A stretch of 28,298 nt of DNA, the filler included, from an uncultured virus (IMG/VR IMGVR_UViG_2061766007_001638) (Duplodnaviria > Heunggongvirae > Uroviricota > Caudoviricetes). It is 3 parts of one record of this genome, joined end to end, with 100 filler letters (N's around TTAATTAATTAA, not from the genome) between each part and the next. Parts side by side here need not be neighbours in the genome. Positions count along the whole stretch, not along the records: positions 3,412 to 28,298 come from IMGVR_UViG_2061766007_001638; 2 more parts are not named here. One strand, given 5' to 3'. Of this stretch, positions 19,494 to 28,298 are shown one piece after another (the stretch's first letter is position 1; every line of letters begins with the position of its first letter). The position numbers were made by a program, and so were the translations under genes. Below the pieces are notes generated by a model that made no database searches, was not told where the DNA came from, and saw nothing but the letters and a program-made list of their open reading frames with translations.

Positions 19494-22349
19494 TCACAAA
19501 TCATCTACTTCCATGATGTTCATGTTTCTCGGGTCGTGCGTGGGGAATCCAGTGGCCACTAGGAACTTTCTCAGCGTTCCTATTATCAGCTTGTCCCACA
19601 TAGTGTCGTAATCTATCTCGAACAACCCCTCGAACTCCTTCGGATACTGGTCTGGCTTGTATGCCAGGACGTTTATACCGTACTTGTTCGTCGGCTTTAC
19701 GTACAGAAACCTAACCTTGTCACCGACAAGTATCTGGTCATAATATTTCCCGAGTTTCATGTTCTCTAGAATCTGGTTGTAAAACGTGCATGCCTTCGCT
19801 ATTCCGCTTGTCCCCTTCGCCATTTCAAGAAATCCGACGGATTCCTTCTCGGTTCCGTACCCTTTCCAGAACGAAATCTCGTCTATACTCAGCTTTGAGA
19901 ACCTTTCATACGCCTTGCTCAGGTATTTCTTGAAATCCTCAGCGGTCCAGTCGTTTCTCAGTACCCCGCTGTATATGTCCGCCAGGAATTCCTTGACCGT
20001 TAGGGGGATGTTCCCCTTCTTGAGCTCGATTCCAGAGTATTTTATATTGTCCACTATTTCTGGTCCCTCTTCAAGTATCTTCCTAACACCGTAGTGTTTC
20101 TTTGACTCGTATATGCCCGTGTCAGCTATGTATTCAAGGGAATATCTGAGAACTTCTGGATTTTCGCTGTGGTATTTTTCGCGTACCAGGTCCTGCACAA
20201 ACTTGTTAAGGTCGTTCTCGACGAAATCCTCTACGTATTCCCACAACTTGAGTTTCCATTCGTCGCTCCAGTCGAACATCTTCTCTGGAAGGTTGTATGT
20301 CCTTCTGAAATAATCAGTTATGCAGCGAATGGTTATGAACTGACTGTCAGTATCACCGCTCACGACATATAATAGATTCTTTCCATTCTTGTCTACTATA
20401 TCTAATAGGTTAGAAGGAGCCTGTATGGCGAACTTATCTCCAAACCTCTTGTTGAACACGTCTGCGACATGAAGTGCTGCATTGATGTTGCAGAACTTTC
20501 CAGTCCTTGTTATCGTCTGCGCCATGTGGATGTTGTAAAGTGGGCTGTACGGAGTTCCGATTATCCCGTAAATCGAGTTAATCATAATCTTAATTGCCTG
20601 CTGTCTGGCATCAAGGTTCTCGACGAGTTCCTTTACGGAATCTATCTGGTCCTCTGGAACTTGTTTCTTGTAGAGCTTCATTTCAAGCTTCTTCATCTCC
20701 TTCTTCGTGGACTTCCTGAGATTGAAGAAGTGGGCGCACCACTCTGCAACAACACCTTTTTTTAGGCTGTGTTTAAGGAAAAGCGTATTGTTCCTCGTGA
20801 ATATGCATTTTTCGTCTAAGAGCTTCAGAAGCTCTTTCCTGCTTATTGCCTTGTGTTGGTTGTTTGCGGTTAGTATATAGTATTTTTCTATGTTTTCCGA
20901 ATCAAGCTCTATCGGTTTCTCGAATTTGAACCCAACCTGGTCTGGGATTGGCTCCCTTGAAATCTTTCCAACATACGTCTCTGGGGACAGATTGCACGCA
21001 CGGATGCTAGACGGATATAGGCTGTTGAAGTCTACCGTCGCTATTCCGTCCTTGTACAGTCCAGGAATGGGCTCGAACACGAACGCACCCTCGTACTTCT
21101 CATTCTCCTCCCTCTTGGCCTTGTACGAGGTAAAAACTGCTTTTTTCATCTGCGTCCTGGAGAACATCACGAGGGAGCCGACGAGATATCCTATGGACGC
21201 GTAAATCGAATTGTAGTCGCTGAGTCCGAACGACGTAATCATCCTTGCAAGATTAGACATCTTGCATCTTTCCTCTATTTTCCTTGCTAGGTCCACGTCG
21301 CGTACGTTATATTCGTAGAATTTCTGGAAGTCGTTCTCGTACAGGGTCTTCAGGTTTCCNNNNNNNNNNNNNNNNNNACCAACGTTGCTGAGCCCGAACC
21401 CGCCGTCAAGCGGGTTTTTTATCTTGAACTTGTCCCTATAGAGGATGAGCGAATCACAGATGAAAATTCCCTTTATGTCGGCCAGAATCTCCGCCTGCTT
21501 GTTCGCCCTCTCGTTCTGGAGATTGTTCTCCCTTACCCTTACCACTCCGACTGGAGAAAGCCTCTGCGTCACCCTGCTGAGCTTTCCCGTCCCGAGGTTG
21601 TCTGGATTCCCGAGGACGCGTTCAATCCTGTTTACGATGTACGGAACGTCGAAGCTTTGGATGTTCCATCCAGCAATAACGTCTGGCGTGTTCGCCTCGA
21701 ACCAGTCGAGAAAGTGGTTCAACAGGCTCATTTCATGTCCGTTGAACTTGAAAAGGACGAAATCGTCTTTCGGCATGTCCTTGAGAGGTTCGTCCTTGAA
21801 ATCTATTTCACATTCGCCAAGGGACCACGTGTAGTATTTTTTTGTCAGAGAATCGTAAATTGTAATCATATTAATTCGGTTCCTGGCCGTCTTCGGGAAC
21901 TCGAACGGTCCTGACATCTCAGTCTCGATATCGATGTAATGCGTCCTGACTGGCTGCGTGTTGAACCCCTGGTCGAGCGCGCATCCAGCGAACATCTTCT
22001 GAAGAAACTCCTTCTCTGGAGGAAGGCATTCGACTATGTTCAAGGAACCGTTACAGGAATCTACGTACTTCATCCTGTTTTTCGCATTCGAAAACGTCCT
22101 CGTCTCGACGTACCTTCCGTAGATGTCCTTTTCCGACGTTGGATAGTTCACGTTGTACTTTATATGTGAACTGTGAGGGCATATGAACGTCTGCGGATTT
22201 CCGTTCGTGTCGTATCCAAACAGGATAATCTGCCCGTTTCTCTCATGGTCGGTCGTGTAGTGGCACGAACGGTATCCATTTCCTATGTATTTCTTCCACT
22301 CCGACTTAGGGATGTCGGTCAAATCGACTGAATTCTCGAATATATTCAT
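19494..22349 (-). CDS. gp43: Family B DNA polymerase (gp43-like)
   Basis: Exonuclease motifs DIETE, GWNIQSFDVPYI and YNVRDV; polymerase motifs DFNSLYPS, KIMINSIYG, SGDTDS and KKHY. TATAAT at 22390-22395; no visible TAG. Confidence 0.97.
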   Translation of the reverse strand: MNIFENSVDLTDIPKSEWKKYIGNGYRSCHYTTDHERNGQIILFGYDTNGNPQTFICPHSSHIKYNVNYPTSEKDIYGRYVETRTFSNAKNRMKYVDSCNGSLNIVECLPPEKEFLQKMFAGCALDQGFNTQPVRTHYIDIETEMSGPFEFPKTARNRINMITIYDSLTKKYYTWSLGECEIDFKDEPLKDMPKDDFVLFKFNGHEMSLLNHFLDWFEANTPDVIAGWNIQSFDVPYIVNRIERVLGNPDNLGTGKLSRVTQRLSPVGVVRVRENNLQNERANKQAEILADIKGIFICDSLILYRDKFKIKNPLDGGFGLSNVGXXXXXXGNLKTLYENDFQKFYEYNVRDVDLARKIEERCKMSNLARMITSFGLSDYNSIYASIGYLVGSLVMFSRTQMKKAVFTSYKAKREENEKYEGAFVFEPIPGLYKDGIATVDFNSLYPSSIRACNLSPETYVGKISREPIPDQVGFKFEKPIELDSENIEKYYILTANNQHKAISRKELLKLLDEKCIFTRNNTLFLKHSLKKGVVAEWCAHFFNLRKSTKKEMKKLEMKLYKKQVPEDQIDSVKELVENLDARQQAIKIMINSIYGIIGTPYSPLYNIHMAQTITRTGKFCNINAALHVADVFNKRFGDKFAIQAPSNLLDIVDKNGKNLLYVVSGDTDSQFITIRCITDYFRRTYNLPEKMFDWSDEWKLKLWEYVEDFVENDLNKFVQDLVREKYHSENPEVLRYSLEYIADTGIYESKKHYGVRKILEEGPEIVDNIKYSGIELKKGNIPLTVKEFLADIYSGVLRNDWTAEDFKKYLSKAYERFSKLSIDEISFWKGYGTEKESVGFLEMAKGTSGIAKACTFYNQILENMKLGKYYDQILVGDKVRFLYVKPTNKYGINVLAYKPDQYPKEFEGLFEIDYDTMWDKLIIGTLRKFLVATGFPTHDPRNMNIMEVDDL

Positions 22350-22396
22350 TTTTATTGGTTTTAAAGTCGTCCTTGATGACTGTGTCTATATTATAC

Positions 22397-22426
22397 AAAA
22401 AGGCGGAGATTGAATCTCCGCCTTTT
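22397..22426. terminator. Intrinsic terminator hairpin
   Basis: aaaa-AGGCGGAGAT-tga-ATCTCCGCCT-ttt, with a T-tract on both strands. Confidence 0.8.
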
Positions 22427-22447
22427 GAGCCGATATTTCTGTGTGAA

Positions 22448-23585
22448 TCAGCTCTCTCCAAACCTCTTCTTGAGAATGTCGGAAAATCCGTCTCCCTTGA
22501 GGACTGCGTTGGAGGTGTATATTATGTATTCGAGGATTATTGCGTTTAGTTTGTTGTCCCATGTTCCCTCTGGCGGACGACCTCTCTTCCCCTGGTATTC
22601 TGGGGGGAGGACTTTCTTGTCACCAGTTACTTTGTAATACATGTATCCGAAAGCGCCCTCGTCGATTTCCCTTATCTCCCTTGGCGGCTCAAGGACTGGA
22701 TTTGTATCTTTTTTAGACTTCTTATTTCCTTTTTCAGAATCTCCAGATTCTTCATTATCATCGAATCCTTCGAGGTCTCCATCGTAATCTTCCTTGCCTT
22801 GGGAATCTTCAGAGTCGCTGGACGAACCGATTTCCCATCCGTCGTTCAAATCTATCTTATACTTGTCTTGAAAATACTTTAATCTTTCACGCATCATTTC
22901 CTGCAATTTCTCTACGGATTCACCCTATATCGTCTCTGTCCTATTTTCAACGACTTCCATGTCCTGCGTAATTTCATCTCTATTTGTAACAAACCAATCC
23001 TGAACGTTCTTGTCGTAATTGAACACGAGCTCCTTATACCCAGATTTCTTCTTATCTCCGTACTTCTCGACCCTCTCGCATATGAACATGAACGCGTTCT
23101 CTCCTCCTTCTCCTTTCTTGTCCTTTATAGAGACTCCATGTTTCGTCTTTTTCACGTCGACAAATTCCTCGTCTCCTCCAAAACCCAGTTTCTTTGCCTT
23201 TTCTCTCGCACGCTGGTCCCTTTTCTCCTGTTCCTTCTGTCTAAGAGGCTCGAATTCCTTGTTCCATTTCGAAACCACGCCTTCATCATCGTCTTTCTTT
23301 CCGTCGTAGTTAGACATGGCTTTCTTTTCCTTTGCGGCCTGATGGATTTCCTGTTTTTCCTCGTCAGAAAGAGCGTCATACTCTTCCCTCGACATGGTGT
23401 CCTCTGGACTTTCTGGATTTTTCGATATCGCAAGGACGTCATCATACGAAGGTGGGTCGTCTTCATCCTAAATGGCGGAATCATCATCNNNNNNNNNNNN
23501 NNNNNNNNNNGTAGAACATGTAGTTTTTGTCTGATTCGTTGATGACTTTGGCCATCTTCTTGATGAAATCTTCTAGTTTTTCCAT
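22448..23585 (-). CDS. Acidic, highly charged hypothetical late protein with 2 in-frame TAG
   Basis: MEKLEDFIKKMAKVINES-gap-DDDSAI[TAG 23468]DEDD..RTETI[TAG 22925]GESVEKLQEMM..KRFGES and TGA. GTAAATA at 23616-23622. Confidence 0.7.
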
Positions 23586-23629
23586 TGTCTTGCCTGTTGT
23601 TTTGTTTACAGTTCATATTTACAGAAAAC

Positions 23630-23659
23630 AAAGACGCCGATTGTTGAATCGGCGTCTTT
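23630..23659 (-). terminator. Intrinsic terminator hairpin
   Basis: AAAGACGCCGATT-gttg-AATCGGCGTCTTT, a 13-bp inverted repeat downstream of the 23700-24521 gene. Confidence 0.8.
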
Positions 23660-23699
23660 TACACCATATTAGGATTAAAAATGCCAGATATTTCCTGGT

Positions 23700-24521
23700 T
23701 TATTCTTCCAGTTCCTGTGATTCTGAGCCCTGGAGGTCCATTAGCTTGGACTGGATGAGCTTGTTTCTCATATTGTCAAATTCAACCTGGCCAGCCAGGT
23801 CGTTTATCTGCTCGTCAACTTTTTCCTGGGCTTCCTCGCTCGACGCCATGAGTTGCTTTGTCTTTAAGTCGACTAGCTTGCAGAAATCTGAGCTCTTTAT
23901 CCCAGATGGGTTCGTGGATTTGTCGAACTGTAGTTCCTGTGGGACCGAAGACTCGAAAATCGTGGTTTTTATGGCCTCGTTGTTCTTCTCGACCTCCTCC
24001 TTCAGGCTCTTTCCCCTTTCGAATATGTCCTTGACGTCGTTTTCTATGTTCTCGTTCTCAAATGCGGTCTCGGAGTCCGAAAGCTTGACGTAATCGAACA
24101 CGATTCCGTATTTCTTGAACTCTTTCTCTATTTCGTGGTTGCCGATATACTCCATCAGCTTTACTATAGGGGCTATCTTCTGACAAAGCTTCTGGATTTT
24201 CGTAAGTTCCCCGTCCTCTAGGATTTCTGGTGCCAGGAGGGTGCAGATTTGCCTGTAGACCTGCGATGTCTCCTTCTTGAACTCCTTTATCTTGTTCGTC
24301 TCGTCGTCGGTTCTGTCCTTTTTCTTCTTGTCGAGGATTGACTGGATGTCGCGTCTCGTTACGAGCATTATCTCGTAGAACCTGGAGTAGTTGTCCTTAT
24401 TCCTGGATTTTACCGAAGTGAGATTCTCCTTCTTGANNNNNNNNNNNNNNNNNNNNNNTTTCTCGAACTCGTCTCCCTTGATGAGGGTTGTCTTGTCTGT
24501 CTGGTTTTCCATAGTGTTCAT
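23700..24521 (-). CDS. Hypothetical helical early protein
   Basis: 273-aa ORF ending in TAA, with TATAAT at 24522-24527; the true start may be 24512. No TAG. Confidence 0.7.
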   Translation of the reverse strand: MNTMENQTDKTTLIKGDEFEKXXXXXXXXKKENLTSVKSRNKDNYSRFYEIMLVTRRDIQSILDKKKKDRTDDETNKIKEFKKETSQVYRQICTLLAPEILEDGELTKIQKLCQKIAPIVKLMEYIGNHEIEKEFKKYGIVFDYVKLSDSETAFENENIENDVKDIFERGKSLKEEVEKNNEAIKTTIFESSVPQELQFDKSTNPSGIKSSDFCKLVDLKTKQLMASSEEAQEKVDEQINDLAGQVEFDNMRNKLIQSKLMDLQGSESQELEE

Positions 24522-24534
24522 ATTATACAGAAGG

Positions 24535-24560
24535 AAAAGGCTGGGTTAACCCAGCCTTTT
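24535..24560. terminator. Intrinsic terminator, perfect 26-bp palindrome
   Basis: AAAAGGCTGGGTTAACCCAGCCTTTT immediately after the dUTPase stop. Confidence 0.85.
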
Positions 24561-24563
24561 CGA

Positions 24564-25130
24564 TTAACGATTCAGCGAATCTGTCGAACCAAATCCCCCA
24601 TCGCCCCGATTAGTGACTTTGTCCTTGAAAAGCTCGACTTTAGTAGCGACTTCGACTGGTTGCGGAGTCTCGATTGGATAAAGAACAAGCTGAGCGAACT
24701 TGTCTGACGGACACAACACGGCCTGTTTCGCTATCGCCGAGTCCTTATTCGTGGTATTAACCACGTTTACTAGAATCTCCCCAGTGTAAGAGGAATCTAT
24801 TATTCCAGCGGTGACGTGAAGGCCCTTAAGCGTTGCTATTGAAGATTTGTCTTCTACTTTCAACACGTATCCTTCTGGGATATTTACGCATATTCCTGTT
24901 GGAATGAGGGCGCTTTCGCCTGGGCCGACCACTATGTTCGTAACGCATCCAGTCTGGACGGACTGGTCTACCCTGATGTTGCACTTAGTCATCTCAATCA
25001 TCTTGTTCATGTCGACCCTCGTCAGGTCATAGGGGACGTAGATGTCGAGACCTGCGTCGGTAGGATTAGCCCTCGTTGGGCTCTTTACACCCCTAATCTT
25101 GGTGTATTTCAGCTCTGTAACTTTTCCCAT
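24564..25130 (-). CDS. dut: Trimeric dUTPase
   Basis: Motifs AGLDI, DKSSIA, AGIIDSSYTGEI, KFAQL and RGDGGFGST. ATG 25130 preferred over GTG 25166; TATAAT at 25196-25201 and 25217-25222. Confidence 0.95.
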   Translation of the reverse strand: MGKVTELKYTKIRGVKSPTRANPTDAGLDIYVPYDLTRVDMNKMIEMTKCNIRVDQSVQTGCVTNIVVGPGESALIPTGICVNIPEGYVLKVEDKSSIATLKGLHVTAGIIDSSYTGEILVNVVNTTNKDSAIAKQAVLCPSDKFAQLVLYPIETPQPVEVATKVELFKDKVTNRGDGGFGSTDSLNR

Positions 25131-25253
25131 AAATATTTTCCTTAGTTTCCTGAACAACCAGAACACATTTTCATTCCTGTCTCTGTCGTTGCAATATTAT
25201 ACGGAAAAGAAAAACCATTATATCAACGACGAATAAAACTAAGATAAGTTAAG

Positions 25254-25943
25254 TCATATATCTATATGTCCTCCATCGGAACAATAAATAGTCGAACCGT
25301 CTGGAAGAGACCACGGAAAATTTGTCATTCCCCTTACCGTCTCTTCGTCTTTTCCTATGGTTACTCTAACTAGAGAGTTGTTTCTAATAAATGCATCTTC
25401 ACCAATGCTTTCTATACCACTTCCGATTATTATGCTCGTAAGACTGGTACAACCGTCAAACGCATAAATATCCACGTTCTTGACATTTGGCATGTCGACG
25501 GATAAAAGACTTGTGCAACTAGTGAACGCATAACCACCAACACTCGAAACATTCGACACGTCAACTGACGGAAGATTGGTGCAGTAAGAAAATGCACACA
25601 ACCCTACATTCTATACATTCGGCATAGATACTGACTTTAGATTATTACATCTGAAAAACGAATACTCACCGATATTCTAGACTTTCGGCATGGAAACTGA
25701 TAACAATTTTGTGCAATTAATGAACACACTGCTCCCAATGCTATGGACTTTCTTTCCGAAATTTACATTCTCAACATAATCTATCTCTATTCCATGGTTA
25801 GTCATGAAATCGCTATTAATCTCTCCCCTAACGAGAAATCTTCTTGGTTCCTGTTCACCCTAAATATAAAATTCAGTTCCAAAGCTGTCTATCCATTCGA
25901 CGTCCCTTTGTCCTGGCTATCCCAAAAAAACTCCTGATGACAT
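25254..25943 (-). CDS. BspA/LRR_5-type leucine-rich repeat protein (229 aa) with 4 in-frame TAG
   Basis: ATG at 25943 after AGAGGT; TAG at 25917, 25860, 25677 and 25611; 22-23 aa repeats of the form V.MP.V..(I/V)G..AF..C..L.S; TGA. Confidence 0.85.
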
Positions 25944-25979
25944 GTTTATTACCTCTAATTTCCAAAAATTAAGAAAAAA

Positions 25980-26357
25980 TCACTTCTTGAAGCTCTCAGT
26001 CCATTTCCTGAACATGATGTTCCCCCTGGAATACGCGTCGGTCTCAATCATCGTGAGCTGGTCGTTCTCTGAGAGCTTTCCAGACTTGTCGTACCCAGCG
26101 AAATTCTCTGGGTCTGTTATGTTCTGATTGTGGTGTATGAGTTCATGGCAGAAAGACCTCAAAATGTCTTTCAAGTGCCTCTTGTCGACGAAAAGGGTTA
26201 TCGTCCTAGTCTGTGAATTATAGTTTCCAGTCCTTATGAACGGGTCAAGAAGGTCCTGTGGTGAATAGTCTATGTTTACTTTCGGAATAGGGTCCACCTG
26301 GATTCCGTTCTACCTAAAAAACTCGTAAATCTACTCTGTATAGTCCTTGAACTTCAT
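25980..26357 (-). CDS. HEXXH zincin-like metallopeptidase-domain protein with 2 in-frame TAG
   Basis: MKFKDYTE[TAG]IYEFFR[TAG]NGIQVDP..RHLKDILRSFCHELIHHNQ..ETDAY; GTAAATA at 26364-26370. Confidence 0.75.
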
Positions 26358-26373
26358 CAGGACTATTTACCAC

Positions 26374-26625
26374 TCAACAAGTAATGCGCCAAGGTCCGTA
26401 CATGCTCGGAATCGCACACCAACACGCACCACTCTTGTTGTTCGGGCCTCCTGGCCTGTTTGGGCATGTCGCACAGATGTCCTTTCCTCCAACCCATCCG
26501 TTATCATTGACGTGTTGTCTGTTGAACGGGTCTGAGGAGTTTGACCTCTGGTAGTTGAAATCGTCTTCGTCTTCTATTGTTATGGTTATCTTTTTCATTT
26601 CAGAACAAATCTCATTTATGCTCAT
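26374..26625 (-). CDS. Small Cys-rich hypothetical protein
   Basis: CATCPNRPGGPNNKSGACWC motif; ATG to TGA. Confidence 0.6.
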   Translation of the reverse strand: MSINEICSEMKKITITIEDEDDFNYQRSNSSDPFNRQHVNDNGWVGGKDICATCPNRPGGPNNKSGACWCAIPSMYGPWRITC

Positions 26626-26633
26626 CGCACCAA

Positions 26634-27078
26634 TCAGGAAAGAGCCTTTCCAAGAATCTGAGAGACGAGTTTTCTATCCAAGCCAGGTACATTTGGAAGA
26701 GCTTTCATGAACGCTCCCATGTTCTTTTTGAGCGGCTCGATTCCACTTTCGGATAAAAGTTTTTCTACTATGGCCTTCGTCTNNNNNNNNNNNNNNNNNN
26801 NNNNNNNNNNGCTCATCCATCTCCTTTTTTGCAAGGTCTTCCCTTCTAGCGGAAGAAAACTGGGAAATCGAGTCCTTGTGGGTCTTCATGGACTTCTCGA
26901 GGACCTTTGTGCAAACTGCATCGGTTATCTCCCTCTGTGGATTTGCGTTTACGGTCAGGTTCTTTATCTCCGACACTATTGTTCTGAGGCAATCTCTCGT
27001 CGTCTGGTCCTTCGAAACCATCGCAAGCTTTATGCTTGACTGTATCCTGTCGTAAATCTCAGAAATTAATTTTTCCAT
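26634..27078 (-). CDS. yqeY: Stand-alone GatB/YqeY domain protein
   Basis: IKLAMVSKD...LRTIVSEIKN, VLEKSMK.HKDSISQFSSARREDLAKKE-gap-KAIVEKLL.ESG....KNMGAFMK..DRKLVSQIL; the frame changes only at the N gap. Confidence 0.88.
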
Positions 27079-27081
27079 ACA

Positions 27082-27267
27082 TCACCTGTTATACTGCAGA
27101 TTTTTATTGTCTTCAGTCGAACATTCAACATCTTGCACGAACATTCCAGCTTCCGACATGTCGTCAAGGGCGTCTGACACCTCTTCGACGTTTTTCCCGT
27201 AAATCGAACTTCCGTCTGGAAGAACGCACATTGCAAAATCCTTGAATCCGTCTATGTAAATCTTCAT
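27082..27267 (-). CDS. Small hypothetical protein (61 aa)
   Basis: ATG-to-TGA ORF tightly packed in the operon. Confidence 0.55.
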   Translation of the reverse strand: MKIYIDGFKDFAMCVLPDGSSIYGKNVEEVSDALDDMSEAGMFVQDVECSTEDNKNLQYNR

Positions 27268-27268
27268 G

Positions 27269-27518
27269 TCACTTGAATCCTATGATGTTCGGCTCCTCGT
27301 CGAGGNNNNNNNNNNNNNNNNNNNNNTTGTGAGATGAGGGAACCGTCGTGAACAAAAGTCATAAGATACGACACGCATCCGTCTGAATCTACTGAAATCC
27401 TCGTTATGCACCTCAGCGTGTCTCCCTCATAAAACTTTACGTAATCTCCGATTTTGAAAATAGTCCTCTTTCCGTTTACGGATACGGTTATTTTGTCGAA
27501 TTTAGCCTTTTTGTTCAT
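27269..27518 (-). CDS. Small hypothetical protein
   Basis: MNKKAKFDK..FKIGDYVKF..-gap-LDEEPNIIGFK and TGA. Confidence 0.55.
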
Positions 27519-27785
27519 GATAATCCACCACACACATGAGATTTTCAAGCTTGAACAGGTAAACCGTCTCTCCTGGATTGACTTCTATCTCGTCTCCAGT
27601 CGAATTGGACATGACAACGTCTCCAAGCTTGAACTGATATTCTGGAGATGGAACTACTGGAAGTTCTATTATCTTGNNNNNNNNNNNNNNNNNNNAACCC
27701 TAATTCCTCCGACAACGGAAGTTTCAGTGCCACCGTAAATCTTCTTGCAAAGGGCAGTTCCTCTCAACGGGACGAGTTCTCTCAC
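27502..27785 (-). CDS. GroES/gp31-like co-chaperonin, missed by the ORF track
   Basis: GTG start overlapping the upstream TGA: MRELVPLRGTALCKKIYGGTETSVVGGIRV-gap-KIIELP...FKLGDVVMSNSTGDEIEVNPGETVYLFKLENLMCVV, then TAA. Follows the GroES pattern PL..GGI..K.GD.V.. Confidence 0.65.
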
Positions 27786-28279
27786 TTCTTTTCCTTTTTC
27801 TGTGACTTTCTGTTCTTTGTTAGCTTTGTGGGAGGAATTTCCTTTGAGCTGTCTGATTTCTTCGATTCCTTTTCAAGGACGGCTATTGCCTTCTGGGAGT
27901 TGTTCATCCCATCAAATCCCTCTATGTCCTTACCTTCATCATACAACTTCTTCANNNNNNNNNNNNNNNNNNNNNAGACTTCCGACTGGTTGGTTGGCAA
28001 GGGTGTTCGTATATCTGTCATAATCCGTAACTGGGAAACTCCTGCTCTTTTCAAGAAGCGCGTTCGATGCCGCGTCAAGCATCGACTTGACCTTTAAGAN
28101 NNNNNNNNNNNNNNNNNNNNNNNNNNNNNNNNNNNNNNNNNNNNNNNNNNNNNNNNNNNNNNNNNNNNNNNNNNNNNNNNNNNNNNNNNNNNNTCGTTTA
28201 TTTCCTGAAACAGGACATTTTCATTCTCAGAACGCTCAATGTCAAGCTTTGCCTTCGCGTATTTCCTGAAGGTCTCCAT
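27782..28279 (-). CDS. Hypothetical protein with a basic C-terminus, two N gaps
   Basis: METFRKYAKAKL..LFQEIN-gap-LKVKSMLDAAS..-gap-KKLYDEG..KKEKK and TGA. Confidence 0.5.
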
Positions 28280-28298
28280 GTTATTTTCTTTGATTTCC

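Noticed and set aside
23700..24100. Resemblance of the C-terminal half to T4 DsbA/GapR-like DNA-binding proteins
   Set aside because: Only a loose helical pattern; too weak without a profile search.
1..28298. tRNA (including suppressor), CRISPR array, polymerase intein or intron
   Set aside because: I saw no cloverleaf or repeat-spacer pattern by eye, and the polymerase motifs are normally spaced. Masked regions cannot be excluded.

Overview
This is a fragment of a large T4-like (gp20/22/23/43/55-type) phage genome that uses a non-standard code. About 31 in-frame TAG codons interrupt otherwise intact genes, and every gene end I could resolve is TAA or TGA, so TAG is a sense codon, most likely Gln (code 15). 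The supplied ORF track therefore splits many genes. Two artificial 100-nt N44-TTAATTAATTAA-N44 linkers (1630-1729, 3312-3411) show that the first 3.3 kb comes from separately joined contigs. The other N runs do not preserve length or frame. The main segment (3412-28298) encodes portal, scaffold, major capsid, a gp55-like late sigma factor, family B DNA polymerase, dUTPase, a GroES-like protein, YqeY, an OFA-type MFS transporter, a BspA-like LRR protein, a HEXXH protein, a homing-endonuclease-like nuclease fused to a DNA methyltransferase, and a three-gene cluster of a KxDG ligase-like protein and two related PD-(D/E)xK nuclease-like proteins, one fused to a cyclic-phosphate receiver domain. 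Two promoter classes are visible: host-type TATAAT and late-type GTAAATA. The most interesting hypotheses are a TAG-gated late sigma factor whose -35 overlaps a divergent late promoter, a possibly virion-packaged ligase/nuclease/cREC module, and the nuclease-methyltransferase fusion. All family assignments come from motif recognition by eye; no database search was run.
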